Assembly (NCBI GenBank): GCA_035353995.1
Contig: DAOQAL010000001.1
Span: 308,104 to 372,103 of the forward strand
Length of the DNA stretch: 64,000 nucleotides
From: Minisyncoccota bacterium
GTDB taxonomy: Bacteria; Patescibacteriota; Minisyncoccia; Phycocordibacterales; UBA9973
Direction: 5' to 3'
Shown here: one piece after another, positions 1-7,985 of the stretch
Layout: each line of letters starts with the position of its first letter
How positions within the stretch are numbered: the first letter of the stretch is position 1
Translations under genes and position numbers: made by a program
The notes under the pieces: generated by a model
The model's database searches: none
Told to the model about the DNA's origin: nothing
The model's input: only the letters and a program-made list of their open reading frames with translations

Positions 1-212
1 TCGACACCAATAATAGGTTTTATTCCTGCTTTTTTTGCAGATTTATAAAATTCAATCGTTGCATACATATTGCCATGGTCTGTAATAGCAAGAGCTGGCA
101 TTTTATATTTTTTAGCAAGAGCAACTAAATCATCAACCTTAGAAAGTCCATCAAGTAGGGAATAATGCGAGTGAGTATGGAGATGCACGAATTTTGCTGT
201 TTCTTTTTCCAT
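1..212 (-). CDS. dnaE: DNA polymerase III alpha subunit, 5' end (PHP domain), runs off the window
   Basis: Manual translation from ATG at 212: MEKETAKFVHLHTHSHYSLLDGLSKVDDLV...ALAITDHGNMYATIEFY...GIKPIIGV; HLHxHSxYSLLDG and AITDHG are PHP motifs of DnaE. Not in the ORF track. Confidence 0.93.
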   Translation of the reverse strand, partial: MEKETAKFVHLHTHSHYSLLDGLSKVDDLVALAKKYKMPALAITDHGNMYATIEFYKSAKKAGIKPIIGV

Positions 213-246
213 TTTCCCTATAATAGCATATTTATTAAATATTCAT

Positions 247-936
247 TTATTTTCTTGAAAACAGATAAGTTGCAATTATGGCTGCAGTTTCACCACGAAG
301 AGTCAAGGTGCCCAAGGAAGCAATTTTAAAATTAAAAGATTTGGCTAGTTTTATTTCTTCCGGCGTCCAACCACCTTCGGGTCCTATCCAAATATTGCGT
401 TTGGATTTGTTTTCTAAAATACATGAATATTTTTCTCCATCTGCATTAAATAAAATATTAAAATCATTTTTTGTCATTTCTAATGCTTGATCAAAATTAA
501 TCGGTTCTAAAATTTCTGGAATAATATTTCTTCCAGATTGTTCAGATGCTTCTTTTGCAATTTTTTCTAATCTGTCTAATCTTAATCCAGTTTTAATTGT
601 TCTGTCAGTAATAATTGGTACTATTTTTGAAACTCCACATTCTGTTGCTTTTTGAACTACCAATTCAAAATTTTCTTTTTTTAAAATAGCACAAAAAAGA
701 GTTGCTTCGATTTCTAATGTTTGAAGTATTTTTTTATCTAAAATTTTTACTAAAACCGAATTTTTGCCGACTCTATTAATTTCAGCCATTACTGAGACTC
801 CTTTACCATTTGAAAGTTCAATTTTTTCTCCAGCTTCTAATTTTAAAACTTTTATTATCTGTGATGCTATATCACCAAAAATTTCTAATTCTGGTTTTGT
901 TAGGTCAAAATTATCTATGAATCTGTGTATTTTCAT
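247..936 (-). CDS. rsmE: 16S rRNA m3U1498 methyltransferase
   Basis: VQKATECGV, EASEQSGR, IGPEGG, LGxxxLRGETA SPOUT motifs. Confidence 0.93.
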   Translation of the reverse strand: MKIHRFIDNFDLTKPELEIFGDIASQIIKVLKLEAGEKIELSNGKGVSVMAEINRVGKNSVLVKILDKKILQTLEIEATLFCAILKKENFELVVQKATECGVSKIVPIITDRTIKTGLRLDRLEKIAKEASEQSGRNIIPEILEPINFDQALEMTKNDFNILFNADGEKYSCILENKSKRNIWIGPEGGWTPEEIKLAKSFNFKIASLGTLTLRGETAAIIATYLFSRK

Positions 937-1007
937 CTTTTAATATTAGCATTTTTAATTTTTGTATGGAATGATATAATGAATATATTAAAACTTAATT
1001 CAATATT

Positions 1008-2051
1008 ATGAACAAAATAAAAGTAGGAATAAATGGTTTTGGTCGTATAGGAAGAGCATTTTTAAAAATTGCTTGGGATAGACCAGAGATTGAAATTGTG
1101 GCTGTAAATGATTTAGGCGATGTTGCAAATATGGCTTATTTATTAAAGCATGACACTGTATATAGAAATTGGAATCATGAAATAAAAGCACAAAATCAAG
1201 AAATAATTATTGATGGAAAAAGTGTAAAAGTTTTAGCGGAAAAAGATCCGGCAAATTTGCCATGGAAAGATTTAGGTGTGGATGTAGTTGTAGAATCAAC
1301 TGGATTATTTACTTCCTATGATAAAGCAGAGGCACATATAAAAGCTGGAGCAAAGAAAGTTGTAATTTCTGCACCAGCAAAAGGTGGCCCTTCGACAAGC
1401 TCAGGGCAAGAGACGGTGCATGGTGAGACAATTTTACTTGGCGTAAATGAAGAAAAATTTGGAACTTGTGATGTGACTTCAAACGCTTCTTGTACAACAA
1501 ATGCTGCTTCTCCTCTAATAGCAATCTTGCATGAAACCTTAGGAATTGAAAAAGCAATTTTAAATACAGTTCATGGATATACAGCATCTCAAGGAATAGT
1601 AGATGGAGCAAATAAAAAAGATTTTCGAGAAGGTAGAGCAGCAGCTCAAAATATTGTTCCATCTTCAACTGGTGCAGCAATCGCTGTGACAAAAGCATTT
1701 CCAGAATTGACTGGACTTTTTGATGGAATTTCAATCAGAGTTCCTGTTCCAGCTGGTTCCATTGCAGATATAACTTTCATTTCTAAAAAGCAAACTACAG
1801 TTGAAGAAGTAAATAATATTCTTAAAAAAGCTGCACAAGATCCACGTTGGGAAAAGATTTTTGCTGTAACAGAAGAAGATTTAGTTTCATCAGATATTTT
1901 AGGAGAATCTCATGCATCAATTGCAGATTTGAAAATGACAAGAGTTGTTGGCGGAAATTTAGTAAAAGTTCTTGGTTGGTATGACAACGAAATGGGGTAC
2001 ACTTATACATTAGTAGATCATGTGATTAAGACAGGAGAAAGTATTAAATAA
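1008..2051 (+). CDS. gap: Glyceraldehyde-3-phosphate dehydrogenase type I
   Basis: GINGFGRIGR, SNASCTTN, WYDNE; small in-frame insertion PSTSSGQ. Confidence 0.97.
   Translation: MNKIKVGINGFGRIGRAFLKIAWDRPEIEIVAVNDLGDVANMAYLLKHDTVYRNWNHEIKAQNQEIIIDGKSVKVLAEKDPANLPWKDLGVDVVVESTGLFTSYDKAEAHIKAGAKKVVISAPAKGGPSTSSGQETVHGETILLGVNEEKFGTCDVTSNASCTTNAASPLIAILHETLGIEKAILNTVHGYTASQGIVDGANKKDFREGRAAAQNIVPSSTGAAIAVTKAFPELTGLFDGISIRVPVPAGSIADITFISKKQTTVEEVNNILKKAAQDPRWEKIFAVTEEDLVSSDILGESHASIADLKMTRVVGGNLVKVLGWYDNEMGYTYTLVDHVIKTGESIK
1387..1407. repeat. 21-nt REP-like hairpin inside gap (GCCCTTCGACAAGCTCAGGGC)
   Basis: GC-rich GCCCT/AGGGC arms in an AT-rich gene, encoding extra residues (PSTSSG) after the ISAPAK motif. 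Confidence 0.6.
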
Positions 2052-2052
2052 T

Positions 2053-2538
2053 ATGAAAATATATTTAGGTGCAGATCATGCAGGTTTTGAATTAAAAGAA
2101 AAACTAAAAGTGTATTTAGGTGAGCTTGGTTATGAAGTTGAAGACAAAGGAAATTCTAAATACGAACAAGATGATGATTATCCAGATTTTATTAAAAAAG
2201 TTGCAGAGGCAGTTTCTGGAGATGTTGAAAGTAAGGGAATAATTATAGGCGGTTCAGGACAAGGTGAAGCAATTTGTGCAAATAAAATAAAAGGTATACG
2301 TGCAGTTGTTTTTTATGGACCTAAAGAACCCATTAATCCTGTTGATATAAATGGTAAGAAAAGTGTTGATACTTTTGAAATAATAAAATTATCAAGAGAA
2401 CATAATAATGCAAATATTTTGTCATTAGGTTTGCGTTTTATTACAGAAGATGAGGCAAAATTCGCAATTGAACTTTTTTTAAACACAAAATTTTCTGGTG
2501 AAGAAAGACATATTAGAAGAATAAATAAAATTGATTAA
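2053..2538 (+). CDS. rpiB: Ribose-5-phosphate isomerase B family
   Basis: GADHAG, DDYPD, GGSGQG, ANKIKGIRA, SREHNNAN, ERHIRRI. Confidence 0.93.
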   Translation: MKIYLGADHAGFELKEKLKVYLGELGYEVEDKGNSKYEQDDDYPDFIKKVAEAVSGDVESKGIIIGGSGQGEAICANKIKGIRAVVFYGPKEPINPVDINGKKSVDTFEIIKLSREHNNANILSLGLRFITEDEAKFAIELFLNTKFSGEERHIRRINKID

Positions 2539-2540
2539 TT

Positions 2541-3239
2541 ATGGCTGATATAATTCCGGCAATTTTGCCAAAAAATTATGAAGACATGAAAAACAAAATC
2601 TCGCTTGTGCGAGGTATTGTTCCTTTAGTTCAGATTGATCTTTGTGATGGTATTTTTGTAAAAAATAAAACTTGGCCTTTTTCTTCTGGTGGTTTTCAGG
2701 ATTATAATTTTTTGAAAATTTTAAATGAAGAAGAAGGTATGCCATTTTGGGAAGACATTGATTTTGAGCTAGATTTAATGGTTGCTGATGCAGTAGAGAA
2801 TTTTGATGTTTATACAAAATTTGGTCCAAAGAAAATTATTTTTCACGTTGAGGCTGTCGGTAATTTAGAAGAATTTAAAAATTTTCTTGAAGGAATGGAT
2901 GTGTATATTAGAGATTCAATTGAAATAGGTATTGCAATAAATATAGAAACTCCGATAGAACAAATTTTTCCATTGGTAAATTATGTTGATTTTGTACAGT
3001 TTATGGGTATAAAGAAAATAGGTTTTCAAGAACAAGATTTTGATGAAAGTGTTTTAACTCAAATTAAACTCTTAAAAGAAAAATATTCTGACTTAATTAT
3101 TTCAGTAGACGGTGGAGTTAGTTTTGATAACATAACAGATATTGTAGAAGCTGGCGCAAGCCGTCTTGTTATTGGGTCAACAATTTTTAAATCAGAAGAT
3201 ATAAGACAAACTATAAATGAATTAGAAAACATTATTTAA
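2541..3239 (+). CDS. rpe: Ribulose-phosphate 3-epimerase family protein (metal-ligand His residues appear substituted)
   Basis: IPAIL, QIDLCDG, DLMV, FHVE, ISVDGGV, GSTIF; between rpiB and transketolase. Confidence 0.85.
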   Translation: MADIIPAILPKNYEDMKNKISLVRGIVPLVQIDLCDGIFVKNKTWPFSSGGFQDYNFLKILNEEEGMPFWEDIDFELDLMVADAVENFDVYTKFGPKKIIFHVEAVGNLEEFKNFLEGMDVYIRDSIEIGIAINIETPIEQIFPLVNYVDFVQFMGIKKIGFQEQDFDESVLTQIKLLKEKYSDLIISVDGGVSFDNITDIVEAGASRLVIGSTIFKSEDIRQTINELENII

Positions 3240-3248
3240 TTTCTAAAT

Positions 3249-4088
3249 ATGTATTTATCTGACAAAAAAATAAAAGAATTAGAAAAAAAATCTAATTGTA
3301 TAAGAAAAAGCATTATAGAAATGCTTGCAGAAGCTGGTAGTGGACATACTGCAGGATCGCTTGGTATGGCAGATATTTTTACAATTTTTTATTTTCATAT
3401 TTTAAAACACGATCCGAAAAATCCATTTTGGGAAGAACGTGATAGAGTGGTTTTATCAAATGGACATATTTGTCCAGTTCTTTATGCAACAATGGCGCAT
3501 GCTGGATATTTTCCTGTTGAAGAATTAAAAACTTTAAGAAAATTTGATAGTAGATTACAAGGACATCCGCATAGAGAATATTTACCACAAATGGAAACAT
3601 CTTCTGGTCCATTAGGTTCTGGACTTTCAGAAGCTGTTGGTATGGCATTAGCTGATAAAATTGATGGAAAGAATAAAGAAAGATTTATTTATTGTTTTAT
3701 GTCTGATGGTGAACATGATGAAGGAAATACTTGGGAGGGAATTATGCTTGCAGGAAAAAATAAATTAAATAATTTAATTGCAATTGTTGATAGAAATAAT
3801 ATTCAAATAGATGGCAATACGGAAAAAATTATGCCACTCGATTCACTTGTAAATAAATATAAAGCATTTAATTGGAATGTATTTGAAGTTGACGGACATA
3901 ATTTTAAAAAAATAAATGAAGTTATAGAAGAAGCACAAGAAGAAAAAGAAAAACCAACAGTTATAATTGCGCACACGATTCCTTGTAAGGGAATAAAAAA
4001 ATGGGAAGGAGATTTTCATTGGCATGGCAAAGCTCCAACAAAGCAAGAAGCAGAAGAAGCGTTGAAAGAATTAGAAATGAATAAATAG
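3249..4088 (+). CDS. Transketolase, N-terminal (TPP-binding) subunit
   Basis: GSGH, DRVVLSNGH, LQGHP, SGPLGSG, SDGEHDEG, WHGKAP. Confidence 0.93.
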   Translation: MYLSDKKIKELEKKSNCIRKSIIEMLAEAGSGHTAGSLGMADIFTIFYFHILKHDPKNPFWEERDRVVLSNGHICPVLYATMAHAGYFPVEELKTLRKFDSRLQGHPHREYLPQMETSSGPLGSGLSEAVGMALADKIDGKNKERFIYCFMSDGEHDEGNTWEGIMLAGKNKLNNLIAIVDRNNIQIDGNTEKIMPLDSLVNKYKAFNWNVFEVDGHNFKKINEVIEEAQEEKEKPTVIIAHTIPCKGIKKWEGDFHWHGKAPTKQEAEEALKELEMNK

Positions 4089-4094
4089 TATAAA

Positions 4095-5093
4095 ATGTTA
4101 AATCCAAAATTAAAGTTAAATACAAAAATTTTTAATGCAGATGTTGAAAATATATCAACTCGCAAAGGTTTTGGAAGTGGTTTAATAAAAGTTGGAGAAA
4201 TAAATAAAAATGTTGTTGGTCTTTGTGCCGATCTAACAGAAAGTACACAGATGAATCTTTTTGCAGAAAGATTTCCAGAAAGATTTATTGAGGTTGGCGT
4301 AGCAGAACAAAACTTGGTAACAGTTGCAAGTGGTATGTCTGCAATGGGTAAAATTCCATTTTGTGCTTCATATGCAATGTTTTCTCCTGGTAGAAATTGG
4401 GAACAAATAAGAACTACGATTGCTTATAATGATAGAAAAGTTGTAATTGTAGGTAGCCATGCTGGAGTTTCAGTTGGAGCAGACGGTGGTTCTCATCAAG
4501 CTCTTGAAGATATTGCACTTATGAGAGTAATACCAAATATGGATGTTATTTCTCCATGTGATTTTATTGAAGCAAAAAAAGCAACAATTGCACTTTCTAA
4601 AACAAAAGAGCCTGCATATTTACGTTTATCTAGAGAAAAAACTCCAGTTATTACAACAGAAGAAACACCATTTGAAATAGGCAAGTCAGAAATTTATTGG
4701 ATTCCAGATGTTGGTCTTGCGGATGTGGGCATAATAGCAACAGGTAGTTTATTGTATCAAGCAATAATATCTGCAAAAGAACTAGAGGCTGAAGGTATAA
4801 AAACAAAAGTAATGAATTTATCTTCAATAAAACCAATAGACAAGGATGCAATAATTGCTCTTGCAAAAGAAACAAAAAGAATTGTAACAGTAGAAGAACA
4901 TCAAGTTGCTGGTGGAATGGGTAGCGCCGTATCGGAAATATTATCGCAACATTATCCTGTACCAATAGAATTTATTGGTGTGCAAGATAAATTCGGACAG
5001 TCTGGTACATCAAAAGAATTGATTGAACATTATGGCATGGACAAAGATTCTATAAAACAAATAGTAAGAAAAATTTTGAATAGAAAAAACTAA
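4095..5093 (+). CDS. Transketolase, C-terminal subunit
   Basis: ADLTES, GVAEQN, GADGGSHQ, TVEEH, FGQSG. Confidence 0.93.
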   Translation: MLNPKLKLNTKIFNADVENISTRKGFGSGLIKVGEINKNVVGLCADLTESTQMNLFAERFPERFIEVGVAEQNLVTVASGMSAMGKIPFCASYAMFSPGRNWEQIRTTIAYNDRKVVIVGSHAGVSVGADGGSHQALEDIALMRVIPNMDVISPCDFIEAKKATIALSKTKEPAYLRLSREKTPVITTEETPFEIGKSEIYWIPDVGLADVGIIATGSLLYQAIISAKELEAEGIKTKVMNLSSIKPIDKDAIIALAKETKRIVTVEEHQVAGGMGSAVSEILSQHYPVPIEFIGVQDKFGQSGTSKELIEHYGMDKDSIKQIVRKILNRKN

Positions 5094-6082
5094 TTTATTT
5101 TTGTAGCTTTAAAATCTACTGGAGCATTTTTTAAATATTCTTCCAATTTCTCGCGAGAAAGCAAACCATCTTGAGATCCGATTTTTTGAATTACGGACAT
5201 TGAATTAACCATTCCCCAAGATAGTGATTCAAGTGGAGTTTTTCCTAAAATAAGAGCAACCATAAAAGCTGAAGACAATGCATCTCCTGCTCCTGTGCAC
5301 TCAAATGGGGGATTAGAAGTTTTGTATATATTGTAATGCCATAATTCATTATTAAAATATAAATAAGCACCATTGTGTGCATCAGTTAGTACTACAATTT
5401 TTGGTCCAAGTGCATTTATTCCTTGTGCTAATTTTAAAATATCTTTTTCTTCAATTCCTAAAATTCTTTCTGCTTCCTCAAGATTTGAAAAGAACACTTC
5501 TGTATTTGTATAAACATCTTTTAATTTTTCAGTTCCTAATTTAATTTGAAAAGTTCCAGGCTGAAATGCTAATTTAGTATTTGGATGTTTCTTAATATAT
5601 TCTATTATTTCCAATTGATAAGGAAGGGAATTGTCTGCTAATGAACTTAAATAAATCCAAGAAACATTTTTTATTTTTGGGAACTTATAATTAAATTCTG
5701 TATGTTTTACTAAAATAGTACGATCAATATCATACCAGAGAACATAATGATAATTTGTAAGTTTATTTTTTTCTTTAGTAATGTATTTTGTTTTTACTCC
5801 TTCTTTCTTTAAACATAAAAGACAATCTTTTCCATAATTATCATCACCTATATTTGCAACAAGAGCAGTATTTATTCCAAGACGTGAAGTAGAAATTGCT
5901 ACATTAGAACTATTTCCAGCAGCATTTATTATATGTAAAGATTCATAAGGAATCTTACCGCCAAAGTTCATACAAAGCTCGCATCCTTCTTTATCAATGT
6001 TGCAGTGTATGTGAGCATCTTGTAATTTAATAAAAGCGTCTACCACGATATCCCCAACTGTCAATAAATCCACTTTTTTCAT
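5090..6082 (-). CDS. PfkB-family carbohydrate kinase
   Basis: AGNSSNVA, CTGAGDA signature; start moved from 6121 to ATG 6082 (MKKVDLL), 6 nt behind TGTTATAAT, which removes the overlap with the next gene. Confidence 0.88.
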   Translation of the reverse strand: MKKVDLLTVGDIVVDAFIKLQDAHIHCNIDKEGCELCMNFGGKIPYESLHIINAAGNSSNVAISTSRLGINTALVANIGDDNYGKDCLLCLKKEGVKTKYITKEKNKLTNYHYVLWYDIDRTILVKHTEFNYKFPKIKNVSWIYLSSLADNSLPYQLEIIEYIKKHPNTKLAFQPGTFQIKLGTEKLKDVYTNTEVFFSNLEEAERILGIEEKDILKLAQGINALGPKIVVLTDAHNGAYLYFNNELWHYNIYKTSNPPFECTGAGDALSSAFMVALILGKTPLESLSWGMVNSMSVIQKIGSQDGLLSREKLEEYLKNAPVDFKATKIN

Positions 6083-6099
6083 GTTATTATTATAACATG
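6080..6099. promoter_or_regulatory. Palindromic bidirectional extended -10 promoter between two divergent start codons
   Basis: CATGTTAT-TATT-ATAACATG; TGTTATTAT (+) and TGTTATAAT (-) each lie 6 nt before an ATG. Confidence 0.65.
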
Positions 6100-7533
6100 A
6101 AAAGATTACTTTTGTTTTCATTAGTATCTCTTTTATTACTATCGTTTCGTATAGCGTTTGCGGATGTAATTATAAATGAAGTAAAATATTCTCCTACAAC
6201 AAAGCAGTGGGTTGAAATTTATAATAATACCGATTCTGATATCGATATCACTACTTATAAAATATTGGATTCGAGTGCATCAACCAATGGTCATTCTGTT
6301 GTTGCTATTGAGGGTGGTACAAACATAATTTCAGCGAATAGTTTTGGAATAATTGCCAAAGTTCCTGATGATTTTACTGGAGTTTCATTTCCTGTATTCA
6401 AGAGTTCTTTGGGGATAAAGGTATCAGGAGATGTTGTTACTCTAAAAAGTAATTCTGGAGAAACTGATTCTGTAACAATAGATGGAACTGCTATTGAAGG
6501 AAATTCTTCGCAATTAGTAAATAATTCTTGGGTATCTGCTGTACCTACTCCAGGTGGGGAAAATTCTGATAGCTCTTCTAGTTCATCTTCAAGCTCGTCA
6601 TCTGAATCTAATTCTTCCTCTAGTTCTAGTAGTAATTCTTCTGGTGGTAGTTCATCTAGTAGATCTTCTTCAAGCACAGAAGAAAAAATAATAAAAAATC
6701 CTACAATTCAATTAAAAATTTTATCAAATACATTGGCTTTTGTAGAACAGCCGTTAGCTTTGAAAGCAAACCTTATTGGATATTCAAATGAAAAATTAGT
6801 TTTAGGAAAACTATTTTGGAACTTTGGTGATGGTAGCTCGTTTGAACAAGTAAACGGTTTTGATAAATTTTCTCATACTTATTTTTATCCAGGTGAATAT
6901 GCTTTAACTGCGGAATATTTTTTAAATAAAAATCATACTGACGAACCTGATGTAGTAAATAAAACAATAATAAAAGTTATACCAATGACGGTTTCCATTT
7001 CAAAAGTTGGTGACTACAAAGATTTTTTTATAGAGCTTACAAATAATTCAAGTTATGACATAGATGTTTCTGGGTGGTATATTCGCACAAGTAAAAATAT
7101 ATTTTTCCTACCGAGAAATAGTATTATTTTGTCTAAAAGACAAATGACAATATCAAGTAAAATAACTGGTTTTATGCTAGGGGATGAAGCAGATTTAAAA
7201 TTATATATGCCCGATGGTAAATTAGTGTATGACTATAATAGTTTTCTTGTTCCAGTTAGGTCATCATATAAAACAAACAATTCTATTAAAAATTCCGATC
7301 AGGAAATAGATAATACAACAATATCTCTAAGTAGTTTCGAAGAACCAGTCATGGCAGAAAATTTATTAGCAAATTCATTATCTAGTGGAAATGTAGAAAG
7401 TGAGAAAAACAATTCTATATTTTTATGGGCATTTGTTTTATTTTTATTTATTTCAGGATTAATTGTATATTTTATTCGTCACAAAAAAGAAAAATTGAAA
7501 ACTGGAGACGATTTTGCTATACTAGACGAATAA
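6097..7533 (+). CDS. Membrane-anchored surface protein: lamin-tail domain(s), poly-Ser linker, PKD domain, C-terminal TM
   Basis: Signal peptide; VIINEV...WVEIYN and PTPG (LTD); WNFGDG...HTYFYPGEY (PKD); FIELTN...DVSGW; hydrophobic tail followed by basic residues. Confidence 0.8.
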   Translation: MKRLLLFSLVSLLLLSFRIAFADVIINEVKYSPTTKQWVEIYNNTDSDIDITTYKILDSSASTNGHSVVAIEGGTNIISANSFGIIAKVPDDFTGVSFPVFKSSLGIKVSGDVVTLKSNSGETDSVTIDGTAIEGNSSQLVNNSWVSAVPTPGGENSDSSSSSSSSSSSESNSSSSSSSNSSGGSSSSRSSSSTEEKIIKNPTIQLKILSNTLAFVEQPLALKANLIGYSNEKLVLGKLFWNFGDGSSFEQVNGFDKFSHTYFYPGEYALTAEYFLNKNHTDEPDVVNKTIIKVIPMTVSISKVGDYKDFFIELTNNSSYDIDVSGWYIRTSKNIFFLPRNSIILSKRQMTISSKITGFMLGDEADLKLYMPDGKLVYDYNSFLVPVRSSYKTNNSIKNSDQEIDNTTISLSSFEEPVMAENLLANSLSSGNVESEKNNSIFLWAFVLFLFISGLIVYFIRHKKEKLKTGDDFAILDE

Positions 7534-7554
7534 TTATAAATAATTTTTTAATTT

Positions 7555-7770
7555 ATGTTCAAAAACTTTTTACTTAAGAAAATGCTTAGGAAGCAAGGTG
7601 TGCCAGATGCTCAAATTGATATGGTTATAAATATGGTGGAAAAAAATCCAGATCTTTTTAAGAAGATTGCAGATGAAATTCAATCAAAAATAAAAAGTGG
7701 TATGGATCAGCAAACAGCTTCTATAGAAGTTATGAAAAAATATGAAGATGAACTAAGAAAATTATCTTAG
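7555..7770 (+). CDS. Small hypothetical helical protein
   Basis: 71-aa ORF with normal codon style in a gene-sized gap. Confidence 0.7.
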   Translation: MFKNFLLKKMLRKQGVPDAQIDMVINMVEKNPDLFKKIADEIQSKIKSGMDQQTASIEVMKKYEDELRKLS

Positions 7771-7826
7771 TATTTTTCTAAAAATATTGATAAAATTACA
7801 TTTTACCTTACAAAATAAGGCTCTTT

Positions 7827-7835
7827 TTATCCACA
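7827..7835 (+). promoter_or_regulatory. Perfect DnaA box (TTATCCACA)
   Basis: Exact consensus match in the intergenic region upstream of 7986. Confidence 0.45.
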
Positions 7836-7985
7836 TGTTATGAACTTTTTTCATTGATTTGTCAAAATATAGGCATAGAATAAAACCGAAATATAGTGGA
7901 CCAGAAAATTTAAAAGACTAGTAAGGTTTTTCGTCTATTCCTTACTGTCTATCTTGTGTAGTAATTATTAATCTAAATTAATATT

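Noticed and set aside
6565-6677. Low-complexity TCT/AGT tract as a DNA repeat element
   Set aside because: It encodes a poly-Ser linker with mixed codons, so it is a protein-level feature
7915-7950. Riboswitch in the leader of the 7986 gene (AGACTAGTAAGG...CCTTACTGTCT hairpin)
   Set aside because: A single imperfect stem with no recognisable aptamer consensus
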